Source: Candidatus Latescibacterota bacterium (GTDB lineage Bacteria > Latescibacterota > UBA2968 > UBA8231). Taken from it: a stretch of 48,095 nucleotides of DNA. The notes beneath the pieces were generated by a model. It was given only the letters and a program-made list of their open reading frames with translations, ran no database searches and was not told where the DNA came from. The translations under genes and the position numbers were made by a program. The stretch covers positions 2,845 through 50,939 of the forward strand of contig JAPYRN010000016.1 in the NCBI GenBank assembly GCA_029941565.1, in the 5' to 3' direction. Below are positions 1-9,797 of the stretch, in pieces (position 1 is the first letter of the stretch; every line of letters starts with the position of its first letter).

Positions 1-1839
1 GCTACCGGCAACAACAGCTATTTCGAAGCGCATTTTACCACTGCGCCGGAACCTGGAACCGAAAACTGGCGACTCGTCGTATACGGGGACAATCGGTCAA
101 ACCCGAACACCCATCGTGGCAATATCGAGCAGATCATGAAACTCAATCCTGGCATCGTCCTGAACTCGGGCGATCTGGTTGCCAGGGGCGACGAATACAA
201 GCAATGGAAGGAACAATACTTCGATCCCCTCCGGGGGTTGGCCGAATATGTGCCGATCTTTCCCTGTCTTGGGAATCACGAGCGCAACGCGGTGCACTAC
301 TATAACTATGCATCCGTCCCGGACGAGAATGGCGAAAGCTACTACTCCTTCGACTACGGCAATGCGCACATCATCGCTCTCAACAGCAACATGCGGGACG
401 CACCCTACGCCCGAGGTAAGGCGCAGACCGAGTGGTTGATCAAGGACCTGCAGGCGAATCAGGACCAAGAGTGGCTCATCATCTTCTTCCACCATCCGTT
501 GTTCCGCTGTCACCCCACCAGAGGAATTACCTCCCAGCGCTGGGTGTGGCAGCCGATCTTTGAGCAATACGGTGTCGATCTGGTCGTCAACGGGCACGAC
601 CATTATTACCAGCGCACGTACTCAATTGGCGCTTATAGTGGGTCGCGGAAGAAGGGTGTGTTTCACCTGATCTCGGGGGGCGGAGGTGCCGGCACCTACC
701 CGATCGTGCCGAAAATCCACGCAGCAGCCAGGAATCGTGTCCACCACATCACGGCGATGGATGTGATGGGAGATCGCATCGTCGGCCGCGCCATCGATAT
801 TGATGGCACGATCTTCGATAGTTTTGTGATCGACAAAAAAAGCCCGAGCTCACCGGAAGAGTTCATCGCTTACGAAGGCTACCTGCTGGAACGAGACCTG
901 GGCGCTGCCATCCGCAAGCTGCCAACGGTCCCTGCGTCGAAATCAGGCGTCGAAATCGACGAGACAATCGAGATACCGAACCCGTTCCAGGCACAGGTGC
1001 GGATGGAGCTGACGTGGCATTCGACGAACGGCTGGCTCGTCCCTTCCCGGACCGGCCCCGCTCTCATCGAGCCGGGCGAAACCATTCGCATTCCTGTGAC
1101 CGTAAAGACCTCACAGCAACAGCTGTATCCGGTGCCCACCGCGCGGTTGACGTTCTCCCTCCCGGATGGGGAAAAGGCCTTTCGCAACGATGCCTTCGAT
1201 TTCTACCCGATCAAGGTTCGCACCAGTACCGAGCTTGTCGCGCCGAGCATGGATCAGGCGCCCACGATCGATGGGGACCTTAGTGACGAGACCTGGAAGA
1301 AAGCGGCACGAGTGTCAGCATTCGTCGATGTTCAGGGCGATCGCGAGCCTGAACGAGAGATCGTCGGGAGGATCGGCCGACGGGACCAGATGTTGTACGT
1401 CTCTGCGAGAATCGAGGCGCCCGCCGCGGTGATGGAATCAGGATACGAAGGCAGAGACAACTCCAGAGCCCCCAGAAACGATCACTTCCGCGTTCACCTT
1501 GGCTCCGGAGATACTGCGTATACGATCCTGGTAACCGCTAGGGGATCCGAATTGGACACCCGGGGAAAGAATGACGCGGAAGGTCGTTCGTGGAACTGCA
1601 GCTTTCTTTCGGCTGTGGGCTCGTGGGAACAAGGATGGCAGGTCGAATTGGCGATACCGCTGGACGAACTCGACCTGGATCCGCAGTCACTCAGAATCAA
1701 TCTGACACGCCGCGATGCTACGGCGAATTCAGAGGCCGAACTGTCGCCGACCTTTGGCCCGTCGGGCCTTGATCATCGAATCCCGATGTATCAGGGAGAC
1801 TGGGAAGCAGTCGATCGGTTTGTTGCTCTGAAACGTTAG
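1..1839 (+). CDS. Calcineurin-like metallophosphoesterase (purple-acid-phosphatase-like) with a C-terminal CBM9/DOMON-like carbohydrate-binding domain. 5' partial: reading frame is open to the window start.
   Basis: Frame-1 translation from nt 1 reads ...WRLVVYGDNRSNP... and joins the listed ORF 136..1839. Metallophosphoesterase motifs GDxR, GNHE and GHDH are present. The C-terminal ~190 aa (DGDLSDETWKKAARVSAFVDV...GWQVELAIPL) resemble CBM family 9. Stop TAG at 1837-1839. Confidence 0.8.
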   Translation, partial: ATGNNSYFEAHFTTAPEPGTENWRLVVYGDNRSNPNTHRGNIEQIMKLNPGIVLNSGDLVARGDEYKQWKEQYFDPLRGLAEYVPIFPCLGNHERNAVHYYNYASVPDENGESYYSFDYGNAHIIALNSNMRDAPYARGKAQTEWLIKDLQANQDQEWLIIFFHHPLFRCHPTRGITSQRWVWQPIFEQYGVDLVVNGHDHYYQRTYSIGAYSGSRKKGVFHLISGGGGAGTYPIVPKIHAAARNRVHHITAMDVMGDRIVGRAIDIDGTIFDSFVIDKKSPSSPEEFIAYEGYLLERDLGAAIRKLPTVPASKSGVEIDETIEIPNPFQAQVRMELTWHSTNGWLVPSRTGPALIEPGETIRIPVTVKTSQQQLYPVPTARLTFSLPDGEKAFRNDAFDFYPIKVRTSTELVAPSMDQAPTIDGDLSDETWKKAARVSAFVDVQGDREPEREIVGRIGRRDQMLYVSARIEAPAAVMESGYEGRDNSRAPRNDHFRVHLGSGDTAYTILVTARGSELDTRGKNDAEGRSWNCSFLSAVGSWEQGWQVELAIPLDELDLDPQSLRINLTRRDATANSEAELSPTFGPSGLDHRIPMYQGDWEAVDRFVALKR

Positions 1840-1963
1840 GACCTGCCGACTCAGTCCGCCGCCTCTTCGAAAGCCCAACCGATGTGCAGGGCTCGACGGT
1901 TGTCAAAGCGTCGACGTACTGCTGGACGCCCGTGCAGCCCAGGCGCTAAGGAACACACTTGCC

Positions 1964-3559
1964 ATGAGCGCTAATCGACCGCCTAACTTTCTTTTCATTA
2001 CCACCGACCAGCAACGTTGGGACGCTATGGGACTGCACAACCCGATTCTGCAGACCCCCGTCATGGATGCCATCGCCCGCAATGGCATGCAATTCAGACG
2101 TATGTATCCGACCAACGCCATTTGTATGCCGGCTCGCGCGAGTATGATCACAGGCCGCAGTCAGCGGGGCCATCAGGTGTTTAACCACGATGTCAATCTG
2201 AGCGAAGCGATCCCAGTACTAGGCGACGCGCTAGGTAAAGCCGGATACCAAACGTCGCTGATCGGCAAAGCCCATTTCAAGACGGCGGATATCGAGGATG
2301 TCCTGCCAGATCAGCCACCAACTGGCAGCCCGGTCAATCCCGAAGATGACCTGTGGTACGGTCCCTACTACGGTTTTGATTACGCCGAGATTCACACGGG
2401 GCACACCTATCCAGCAGGACACTGGCGTCTATGGCTGCAACAGAACTACCCCGAAGGTCTGGAACAATGGCGGCCGCAAAATGCGCTCACACCCCGCTCC
2501 GGTGCGCATGCCAGTTGGAAAAATGCGCTGCCCGCTGAGTACCACTACACGCACTGGACAGCGGATCGGACGATAGATCGGCTCAACAGGAACAGAACTG
2601 ACCAACCATTTTTCCTGTGGATGTCCTTTGCCGATCCCCACAAACCGTTTACACCCCCACAGCCATATTGCGATATGTACGACACCGCGGAGATACCGCC
2701 ACCCATACCCCAGGAGGACGTGAGCGCCAAACCGCCTCAGTACATCAGAGCCCGTGAAGGACAGCCCTATGGTGGATATAACACGCATAAGGGATGGTCC
2801 GGTGATCACCATCGGGAGATCGTTGCTCACTATTACGGATTGACCACGTTCATCGACGATTCCATCGGCCGTGTTCTGGCAGAGCTGGAGCGTTTGGGAC
2901 TAGAAGAAAATACCCATGTGATCTTCACCTCCGATCACGGGGAAGGGCTGGGCGACCACGGTATCGCTGCCAAACCAATGATGTCCTACGAATGTGTGAA
3001 CCGGGTACCCATGCTGTGGCGTCATCCCACCTCGGTTCAGGCGGGCAGCACCTACGACGGTGTCATGACACATCTTGATCTGACTCCCACGTTTATCGAT
3101 CTGGCCAGAGCGGAGCCGTTGCCGGGCATGGAGGGACGGTCCTTCGCCAACGTGCTGCGAGGAGAGGCGGCTGCACACAGAGATGCTGTGATCGTCGAAC
3201 GGATAACGACACTGCCGGCTATGGGGGAGGAGAGGGAGGCGCTGATACTCCGTGTTAAGATGCTGGTGACCGATAAGTGGAAGCTGCTGCACTATGGCTC
3301 GGCGCCCTACGGCGAGCTCTACAATGTGGAGCTCGATCCGGAGGATCTACACAATCTATGGGATGACCCTGCGTACCAGGATGTAAAGCGTGATCTATGT
3401 GAACGATTGCTCGAAGAATTGATAGATACCGAGTTGGGCGATCCGACAATCATCCTGCAGCAACGAGGTATGGGAGGGGCACTGCGTGATGTGCGCCAGA
3501 TGGAGAAACAACCCGAGGCAAGAGCCGAGTTGCACAAGCGGATTGGTAGTATGGAATAG
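1964..3559 (+). CDS. Cys-type sulfatase (arylsulfatase family). No signal peptide.
   Basis: N-terminus LFITTDQQRWDAMG matches the sulfatase metal-binding region. Canonical formylglycine motif C-M-P-A-R-ASMITGR. Sulfatase C-terminal block (HYGSAPYGELYNVELDPEDLHNLWDDP). Begins directly with the catalytic domain. Confidence 0.9.
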   Translation: MSANRPPNFLFITTDQQRWDAMGLHNPILQTPVMDAIARNGMQFRRMYPTNAICMPARASMITGRSQRGHQVFNHDVNLSEAIPVLGDALGKAGYQTSLIGKAHFKTADIEDVLPDQPPTGSPVNPEDDLWYGPYYGFDYAEIHTGHTYPAGHWRLWLQQNYPEGLEQWRPQNALTPRSGAHASWKNALPAEYHYTHWTADRTIDRLNRNRTDQPFFLWMSFADPHKPFTPPQPYCDMYDTAEIPPPIPQEDVSAKPPQYIRAREGQPYGGYNTHKGWSGDHHREIVAHYYGLTTFIDDSIGRVLAELERLGLEENTHVIFTSDHGEGLGDHGIAAKPMMSYECVNRVPMLWRHPTSVQAGSTYDGVMTHLDLTPTFIDLARAEPLPGMEGRSFANVLRGEAAAHRDAVIVERITTLPAMGEEREALILRVKMLVTDKWKLLHYGSAPYGELYNVELDPEDLHNLWDDPAYQDVKRDLCERLLEELIDTELGDPTIILQQRGMGGALRDVRQMEKQPEARAELHKRIGSME

Positions 3560-3560
3560 C

Positions 3561-4364
3561 ATGGTGGAAGGGCCAATGACCGACCCTCTCTTCTCATACA
3601 TCGAGCGCCTGCACGGTGGGGCCGAATGGGGCACCCTCCTCGATGCCGGCACCGGGCAGAAGTCACTCGACTGGATCACCAGCCTCGACACCAGGAGTTG
3701 GACTGCTGTCACCGGCGAGGCGGCGGTCGCAGAGCGTCTGACCACGGAGTTCGAGAAACAGATTCGCCCTCGTGACAGAATTGTCAGCGGCAACTGGACC
3801 GATCCCGCGCTGCTTTATGGGGATCGGTTCGATGTCGTGTTGGCAGATTACCTGTTGGGGGCCATCGCCGGCTTCGCTCCCTACTTCCAGGACCGCCTCT
3901 TCACCCGCCTCCGGCCCCTGGTAGGCTCAAGCCTGTATGCCATTGGCCTGGCGCCGTATCCGCAGAACGCTGAAAATCCGTGGGCTGCGGTGCTGCTGGA
4001 GATTGTTCGCCTTCGTGATGCCTGCATTCTGCTGGGCGGACGACGGCCGTATCGTGAGTACCCAGCGGACTGGGTCCTACGCAGTCTGGAGGGCTCCGGA
4101 TTTGTCGTCGAAGAGGTCGAGAAGTTTCCGATTCGTTATGGCACCCGCTTTGTGCAGGAACAACTGAATGCGGCAGGCAGCGTATTGCCGCGGCTCGCAG
4201 ATCGGGCACTGGCGCAGCAGTTGGAGTATGCCATCGCCGAACTGCGCGACCGGGCCCTTTCCTGCCACGCTGCCATGGGATCACAACCCTTCGGCGAAGA
4301 CTGGATTGTGCTGGCGCGGCCGAAAATTCAGCACGATTATGCCTACATTCAGGGAGACACATAG
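3561..4364 (+). CDS. Hypothetical protein, possibly a class-I SAM-dependent methyltransferase fold.
   Basis: ATG lies 2 nt after the sulfatase TAG. The ORF track places the start inside the sulfatase, but an in-frame ATG at 3561 (MVEGPMTDPL...) fits the gene spacing. The Gly-rich LLDAGTGQKSL followed by FDVVLADYLL is reminiscent of MTase motifs I and II. Its stop TAG abuts the next ATG (TAGATG). Confidence 0.45.
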   Translation: MVEGPMTDPLFSYIERLHGGAEWGTLLDAGTGQKSLDWITSLDTRSWTAVTGEAAVAERLTTEFEKQIRPRDRIVSGNWTDPALLYGDRFDVVLADYLLGAIAGFAPYFQDRLFTRLRPLVGSSLYAIGLAPYPQNAENPWAAVLLEIVRLRDACILLGGRRPYREYPADWVLRSLEGSGFVVEEVEKFPIRYGTRFVQEQLNAAGSVLPRLADRALAQQLEYAIAELRDRALSCHAAMGSQPFGEDWIVLARPKIQHDYAYIQGDT

Positions 4365-5765
4365 ATGATTGGCCAACTCTTCGACGATGGCGCGCTGCGG
4401 GATTTCCTCCGCCATGGGTATGCCCTCATCGACAGCGATCAGCCACCCGAATTCCATCGGGATGTGTGCGATCGACTCGACCACATCATGGAATCGGAAG
4501 GCAATCCGGGGAACAATATTTTGCCCCGGGTGCCAGAGATCCAAACCATCTTCGATGCACCCAACGTGCAGGCCGCCCTGACGCGGATCCTCGGCCCGGG
4601 ATACGTCATGCACCCACATCGGCATTGTCATCATCGCCCCCCTGGTGCGGCACCTCAAGGGTGGCACAAGGACGACTACGTTTATGATCAGAACGTGCGT
4701 CATCATCGGGGCCGCTGGGTGATGGCGTTCTATTATCCCCAGGCGGTTACCACCGACATGGGGCCCACAGCGATCCTCCCCGGTCAGCAGCATCATGATA
4801 CGACCGCCGCGCTTGAGGCCGGCCCTGCAGCCGAGATGTCCATCACCGGGCCCGCCGGTACAGTCGCCATCGTCAACTTTGATGTCTGGCATCGTGCGTG
4901 CACCAACACGAGCCAGCTCAATCGCTACATGCTCAAATTCCAGTTTCTGCGCATGCAGGAGCCGACGCAGACCGACACCGGCGCCTGGGAAGACGCCGAG
5001 GGTGTGGCACGATATCAGTGGGATTGGTTGCGACAGGCTGTGCCCTGTACACCTCCAGCATCCGCATTGGATGGCGTCGATACGGCCATCGCCAAACTGC
5101 AGGGCGATGACGAAGCAGCGCGATTACAGGCGACGTACACGTTGGCTGAGATGGGTGCGTCTGTGGTGCCCGAACTCGTGGACTGCCTTCGTGCAGAAGC
5201 AACGCTGCGCGCAGAAGTCAAGATCGCGAAGTCCCCCGCCAATCCTGCGGGTGGCAATCCCGCCGATTTGGCATCCGCCCACGCCTTGGCTGCCATGGGC
5301 CCCAGCGCAATTGACGCACTTGTCGACCTCGCGGGTGATTCGAACTGGTCGGTCCGCGCCACGGCCGTCGATGTGTTGGGGACGATCGGTCGACAAACAG
5401 CCGACACCTCCAGCGCCTTGATAGGCGGACTTCAGGACGACAATTTCTGGGTGCGACGCAATGCGGCGGAAGCACTCGGCATCCTCGCCACCACAGATGG
5501 CGCCGAGGACATCGCCCACGTACTGCAGGATGAAGATTGGCGTGTGCGCCTCAATGGGTCGGGTGCCCTCGCAAGAATCGGTCCCCCGGCTGCATCTCTG
5601 GCCGGCAAAGTGGTTCCGCTTTTGGCGGACGAGAATCGATACGTGCGGGACAGTGCGCTCCAGGCCCTACGCAGGTTCGATTCTCCCGAGGCGACAGACA
5701 TACTGCTCAGGCATCTGACCACCTCCCGTTGGTGCCCGTTGACGAGTAAGGACAGCACGTTCTGA
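4365..5765 (+). CDS. Phytanoyl-CoA dioxygenase (PhyH) family Fe(II)/2OG dioxygenase domain fused to C-terminal HEAT (PBS-lyase-type) repeats.
   Basis: N-terminal half carries GWHKDD (HxD), GPTAILPGQQH and VWHRA, typical of PhyH. C-terminal half carries repeated ...ALAAMGPSAIDALVDLAGDSNWSVRATAVDVLGTIG... and ...NFWVRRNAAEALGIL... HEAT/E-Z repeats. Start is translationally coupled to the upstream gene. Confidence 0.8.
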   Translation: MIGQLFDDGALRDFLRHGYALIDSDQPPEFHRDVCDRLDHIMESEGNPGNNILPRVPEIQTIFDAPNVQAALTRILGPGYVMHPHRHCHHRPPGAAPQGWHKDDYVYDQNVRHHRGRWVMAFYYPQAVTTDMGPTAILPGQQHHDTTAALEAGPAAEMSITGPAGTVAIVNFDVWHRACTNTSQLNRYMLKFQFLRMQEPTQTDTGAWEDAEGVARYQWDWLRQAVPCTPPASALDGVDTAIAKLQGDDEAARLQATYTLAEMGASVVPELVDCLRAEATLRAEVKIAKSPANPAGGNPADLASAHALAAMGPSAIDALVDLAGDSNWSVRATAVDVLGTIGRQTADTSSALIGGLQDDNFWVRRNAAEALGILATTDGAEDIAHVLQDEDWRVRLNGSGALARIGPPAASLAGKVVPLLADENRYVRDSALQALRRFDSPEATDILLRHLTTSRWCPLTSKDSTF

Positions 5766-5773
5766 ACCAGGAG

Positions 5774-6364
5774 CTACCAGGCATCAGGCATGTTCCGAGT
5801 TCGCAGCGTCCGGAAGATGAAATCCCATAGTGGGGAAGTGACCCCGTATTCGCAGCTCTCGTCACCGAAATGATGACGGTAGTGGCGTCGTTTGAGTCGA
5901 TTCAGAAGTCGAAAACGGGACAGGGACCGGTGGTGCATGGCGTAGTGCAGACTATCATAGCAGACGTATCCGAAGGTGAATCCTGCAAACAGGGGCGCCG
6001 TGTGAGAGTTGCCGACAGCGAGCGCAAACACGAGATAGAAGAGCGCGGCGAGGGGTATGCTGGCCAGCGGTGACACGACGATGTGACCGAGATCTGCCGG
6101 GAACTCGTGATGAAAGCCGTGGAACAGGTAGAGGAACCGCCGGCCCATTTGCGAGCCCGGGTTGTGGTGGAAGACAAAACGGTGAATCAGATACTCGTTG
6201 AGGGTCCAGATGACAAAGCCGCCGCCGCAAAGACCGATGATGACGGCCAAGCTCAGATTCAGAGCTGTGACAGCATGAACCAGCAGATAGGCGACAACCG
6301 GCAGGAAGAGGAGAGGCGGAAGCACCGCCGGTACACGCCAGGAGCCTGTCCGATTACCCGTCAT
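5774..6364 (-). CDS. Fatty acid hydroxylase / sterol desaturase superfamily integral membrane protein.
   Basis: Histidine boxes HRFVFHH, HGFHHEF, HYAMHH and HYRHHF with several hydrophobic helices. The listed ORF starts at 6403, but the internal Met (MTGNRTGSW..., 6364) gives a typical ~196-aa protein. Start uncertain. Confidence 0.75.
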   Translation of the reverse strand: MTGNRTGSWRVPAVLPPLLFLPVVAYLLVHAVTALNLSLAVIIGLCGGGFVIWTLNEYLIHRFVFHHNPGSQMGRRFLYLFHGFHHEFPADLGHIVVSPLASIPLAALFYLVFALAVGNSHTAPLFAGFTFGYVCYDSLHYAMHHRSLSRFRLLNRLKRRHYRHHFGDESCEYGVTSPLWDFIFRTLRTRNMPDAW

Positions 6365-6430
6365 GTCGGCCTGAGCATACCGGAGTCTACAGTCCAAACG
6401 CATACGAGTCCATCACCCCGGGGCTATACT

Positions 6431-7015
6431 TTGAAACAGACCGAACGTCGTTGTGAGTGGCTTTACGGCGATGAGCTGTTCGATCTGATCGATGAACAGC
6501 CGCTTGCCTGGCTACCCCTGGGCATTCTCGAAAAACATGGGGGACATCTGCCGTGGGGCCTGGATGGGCACAAAGCCCACGCGGTCTGCACGCGGCTGGC
6601 GACAGAACTAGGAGGCGTCGTTCTGCCGGCAAACCATCAGGCTGGTATCCATGGAGACTTCCGGGTCATCGTCGCCTACACCGGTCACTATCCGGCGGTG
6701 CAGACCCAGATTCTGCAGGAAGCGGCGGAAGCGTTCAGCAAGGAAGGGCCGGCGATTGTCATACCCTTCTGGGAAGAACTCGCCTGCGGCGAGGGAGACC
6801 ACGCCGGCAAGTGGGAAACCTCCATCTATCTGGCACTCGATCCCGATGCTGTGCGACTCGACGCCATCCGGGATGAGAGTACGGGCAAGGCCGGGCACTA
6901 TCGTGGCCAGGATGTCCGCAGTCACACCTCGCACGCCTTCGGCATGGAAGCACTGGCGCAGGTCGAGGCCTATCTCTCCAGAGCGGTTGCGCAGGCTTTG
7001 GGGAGCCGCATATGA
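6431..7015 (+). CDS. Creatininase-family cyclic amidohydrolase (copy 1). Start uncertain.
   Basis: WLPLGILEKHGGHLPWGLDGHKAHAV matches the creatininase LP.G..E.HG.HLP.G.D motif. The long upstream extension of ORF 6083..7015 overlaps the divergent hydroxylase gene and is rejected. The first plausible in-frame start is TTG 6431. The TGA overlaps the next ATG (ATGA). Confidence 0.65.
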   Translation: MKQTERRCEWLYGDELFDLIDEQPLAWLPLGILEKHGGHLPWGLDGHKAHAVCTRLATELGGVVLPANHQAGIHGDFRVIVAYTGHYPAVQTQILQEAAEAFSKEGPAIVIPFWEELACGEGDHAGKWETSIYLALDPDAVRLDAIRDESTGKAGHYRGQDVRSHTSHAFGMEALAQVEAYLSRAVAQALGSRI

Positions 7016-7953
7016 CAGCGATCGACCTGCACAACGACCAGCTCCGCCTGGCTGTCGACCCGCAGGCGGGTGCCGGTATCCTCGCCTTCCATGGCTGCAT
7101 CGGCGACCGTTGGCTGCCGTTGATGCCGGACACTCGCGAGCCGGGCTGCGACCTTGCTGCGGCGAGTTTCCTGATGATCCCGTACTCCAACCGCATCGCA
7201 GACGGCACCTTTACCTTCGAAGGTCAGCACTACCAGCTGGACAACACAGCGACCCATGCCATCCACGGCGATGCACGCAAACGTCCGTGGCGTATCGTCG
7301 AGCAAAGCCCGACCCACCTTCGCTGCGTCTTCACCTCGGCCCAACACGACAGCGTCAACTGGCCCTGGCCCTTCGAGGCGCAGGCGGTCTACGAACTGCG
7401 CGATGACGCGCTGCACATGGAGGTAGCGCTGACGAACCGGGGAGATACTTCGATGCCTGGCGGTTTCGGCTGGCATCCGTACTTCTCGCGGTCCCTGAAG
7501 CAGGAGGGGGAGCCAGTGACGCTCGAATTTCCCCTGGAGGGCGCTTACCCCGACGCCAACGACACGCGCATCCCGTCGGGACCCCTGGCGCCGCTTGAGC
7601 CGCACCAGGACTTCGCTCGCGAGCGAGAGCTCACACCGGGTAACTTTCTCGACACCTGCTGCTACGGGTTCGTCGGGGGGCACATCGCCTGGCCCGACAG
7701 TGGCGTGCGCCTGCGCTTCGAGCCGGCGGCGAACTGCCGGCACCTGGTGCTCTACAACCCGGAGGGCAAGCCGTACTTCGCCGTCGAGCCTGTGCTGAAC
7801 GCCAACGACGGGGTCAATCTGCTGGGTCGTGGCGAACCGACGGCCGGAACGACAGTGCTACAGCCGGGAGAGACCCTGACGAGCGACTGTGTGTTGCGTA
7901 TGACTCTCCCCACCGCTCCCGATCCAGCTCCGGCACCGACAGCCACTCCTTGA
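7012..7953 (+). CDS. Aldose 1-epimerase (galactose mutarotase-like) family protein.
   Basis: Mutarotase-fold motifs (IPYSNRIADGTFTFEGQHYQL, GFGWHPYFS). 4-nt ATGA overlap with the upstream creatininase-family gene. Confidence 0.8.
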   Translation: MTAIDLHNDQLRLAVDPQAGAGILAFHGCIGDRWLPLMPDTREPGCDLAAASFLMIPYSNRIADGTFTFEGQHYQLDNTATHAIHGDARKRPWRIVEQSPTHLRCVFTSAQHDSVNWPWPFEAQAVYELRDDALHMEVALTNRGDTSMPGGFGWHPYFSRSLKQEGEPVTLEFPLEGAYPDANDTRIPSGPLAPLEPHQDFARERELTPGNFLDTCCYGFVGGHIAWPDSGVRLRFEPAANCRHLVLYNPEGKPYFAVEPVLNANDGVNLLGRGEPTAGTTVLQPGETLTSDCVLRMTLPTAPDPAPAPTATP

Positions 7954-8051
7954 AGACCTTCTTTGCCGGCACGAACTGCTGACCCTCGCCCTGCTCGACC
8001 GCCGCCGTCACTCGCTCCCCCACTACCTGGACCTGGTCTAGTAAGGACTCG

Positions 8052-9797
8052 ATGACACAACCTTCGACCCCGGATCACGACATCCTGCAGGAGAAGAATG
8101 TGGATGTTCCCATGCGGGACGGCGCCCTGCTGCGTGCCAATATCACGCGCCCTGCAGGCGATAGGGCCGTCCCGGCCCTGGTGGAACGCACACCATACAA
8201 TAAGGAGGGGGGCTCCGAAAACAGCATCGGTTCGCCGGAGTACTTCGCCCGCCGCGGCTATGCTGTCGTCATCCAGGACGTGCGAGGCCGCTTCGCCTCG
8301 GAGGGCGAGTTCTATCCCTTTCGCGACGACGGCGCTGATGTGCTTCGTGACGGCTACGACACGGTGGAGTGGATGGCGGACCAGCCCTGGTGTGACGGCA
8401 ATGTCGGCATGTTCGGCGGCTCGTATTCCGGCGCCACACAGTATCGTGCGGCTCTGAGTCGGCCGCCGCACCTCAAGGCGCTGTTCGTCCGCGAGTCGTC
8501 CGCCGACTACTACCGCGAATGGGTCTACCGCGATGGTGCCCACGAGTTCGGCTTCAGCCTCTACTGGGCGCGCGTCATCGCCGCCACCGACCTGCCGCAT
8601 CTGGTCCCGTCCGACGACGTCAAGCGCCAACAGGCCCTGTTCGATCGCATTCTCGCCGATATGCCACAATGGTACGAACGCCTGCCCTTATACCCGGTGC
8701 CTTTCCTGGAAGGACTGGCCGACTGGCACAACACGTGGCTCGAACACCCGCAAGACGGGCCGTACTGGTGGCGACTGGGCATCGATCGTCACCACCATCA
8801 GGTGGATGTGCCGATCTACCATCAAGGGGGCTGGTACGACATCTTCCTGGCGGGCACGCTGAAGAACTACATGGGCCTGCGGCGTCGGGCCCGCAGTGAA
8901 AAGGCGCGGCGCGCGCAGAGACTCGTCATCGGCCCTTGGGTACACGGTTCCGGGAACATCAACAAACAGACCGCTGGTGGATACGATTTCGGGCCGGCGG
9001 CTGCGCAGGAATTCAACCAGATGCGCCTGCCGTGGTTCGATCATTGGTTGAAGGGTCGTGATACCGGTGTCGTCGACGAACCGCCGGTCAGGCTTTTCGT
9101 CATGGGCCGCAATGTGTGGCGCTCCGAGACGGATTGGCCGTTGCCGGATACCCACTACACCCCCTGGTATCTGCGGGCTGGACCCAGCGGCAGCGTCACT
9201 TCCCTCAACGACGGCTGCTTGGCGCCAACGGCCCCCGTCGGGGCGGAGCCGGCGGACGCCTATGTCTATGACCCCGACCATCCGGTGCCGACGCTGGGCG
9301 GCAATACGCTGGGCATCGTCGACGGCGTGCACGACCACCTTCGTGCCGACCAGTTGTCCCTGACCTACACGAGCGAGCCACTGGAACAGGAACTGGAGGT
9401 CACCGGCCCGGTGACAGCGGTGCTGTACGCCATGTCTTCGGCGCCGGATACCGACTGGGTCGTACGCCTGGAGGACGTGCACCCCGACGGCTATGTGCGC
9501 AATTTGTGCGACGGCATCCTGCGGGCCCGCTATCGCGATTCCTTCGAACGACCCGAGCTGCTCGCACCCGGGCAGGTGTACCGTTTCGACATCGACTTGT
9601 GGGCTACGAGCAATGCCTTCCTCCCCGGACACCGGGTTCGCGTGGCCATCACCAGCAGCTGCTTTCCACGTTTCGATCGCAATCTCAACACCGGTGGCCC
9701 CATCCATCGCGAGGCGGCGGGGCAGGTGGCGATCAACACCGTCCTGCACGACGAGTTGCGGCCATCCCATATCATGCTGCCCGTCATCGACAGATGA
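8052..9797 (+). CDS. CocE/NonD-family (S15 X-Pro dipeptidyl-peptidase-like) alpha/beta hydrolase.
   Basis: VPMRDGALLRANITRP...ERTPYNK...GYAVVIQDVRGRFASEG...GMFGGSYSG is typical of CocE/NonD. The C-terminal beta-sandwich region is present. SD (TAAGGA) upstream of ATG 8052. Confidence 0.9.
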   Translation: MTQPSTPDHDILQEKNVDVPMRDGALLRANITRPAGDRAVPALVERTPYNKEGGSENSIGSPEYFARRGYAVVIQDVRGRFASEGEFYPFRDDGADVLRDGYDTVEWMADQPWCDGNVGMFGGSYSGATQYRAALSRPPHLKALFVRESSADYYREWVYRDGAHEFGFSLYWARVIAATDLPHLVPSDDVKRQQALFDRILADMPQWYERLPLYPVPFLEGLADWHNTWLEHPQDGPYWWRLGIDRHHHQVDVPIYHQGGWYDIFLAGTLKNYMGLRRRARSEKARRAQRLVIGPWVHGSGNINKQTAGGYDFGPAAAQEFNQMRLPWFDHWLKGRDTGVVDEPPVRLFVMGRNVWRSETDWPLPDTHYTPWYLRAGPSGSVTSLNDGCLAPTAPVGAEPADAYVYDPDHPVPTLGGNTLGIVDGVHDHLRADQLSLTYTSEPLEQELEVTGPVTAVLYAMSSAPDTDWVVRLEDVHPDGYVRNLCDGILRARYRDSFERPELLAPGQVYRFDIDLWATSNAFLPGHRVRVAITSSCFPRFDRNLNTGGPIHREAAGQVAINTVLHDELRPSHIMLPVIDR

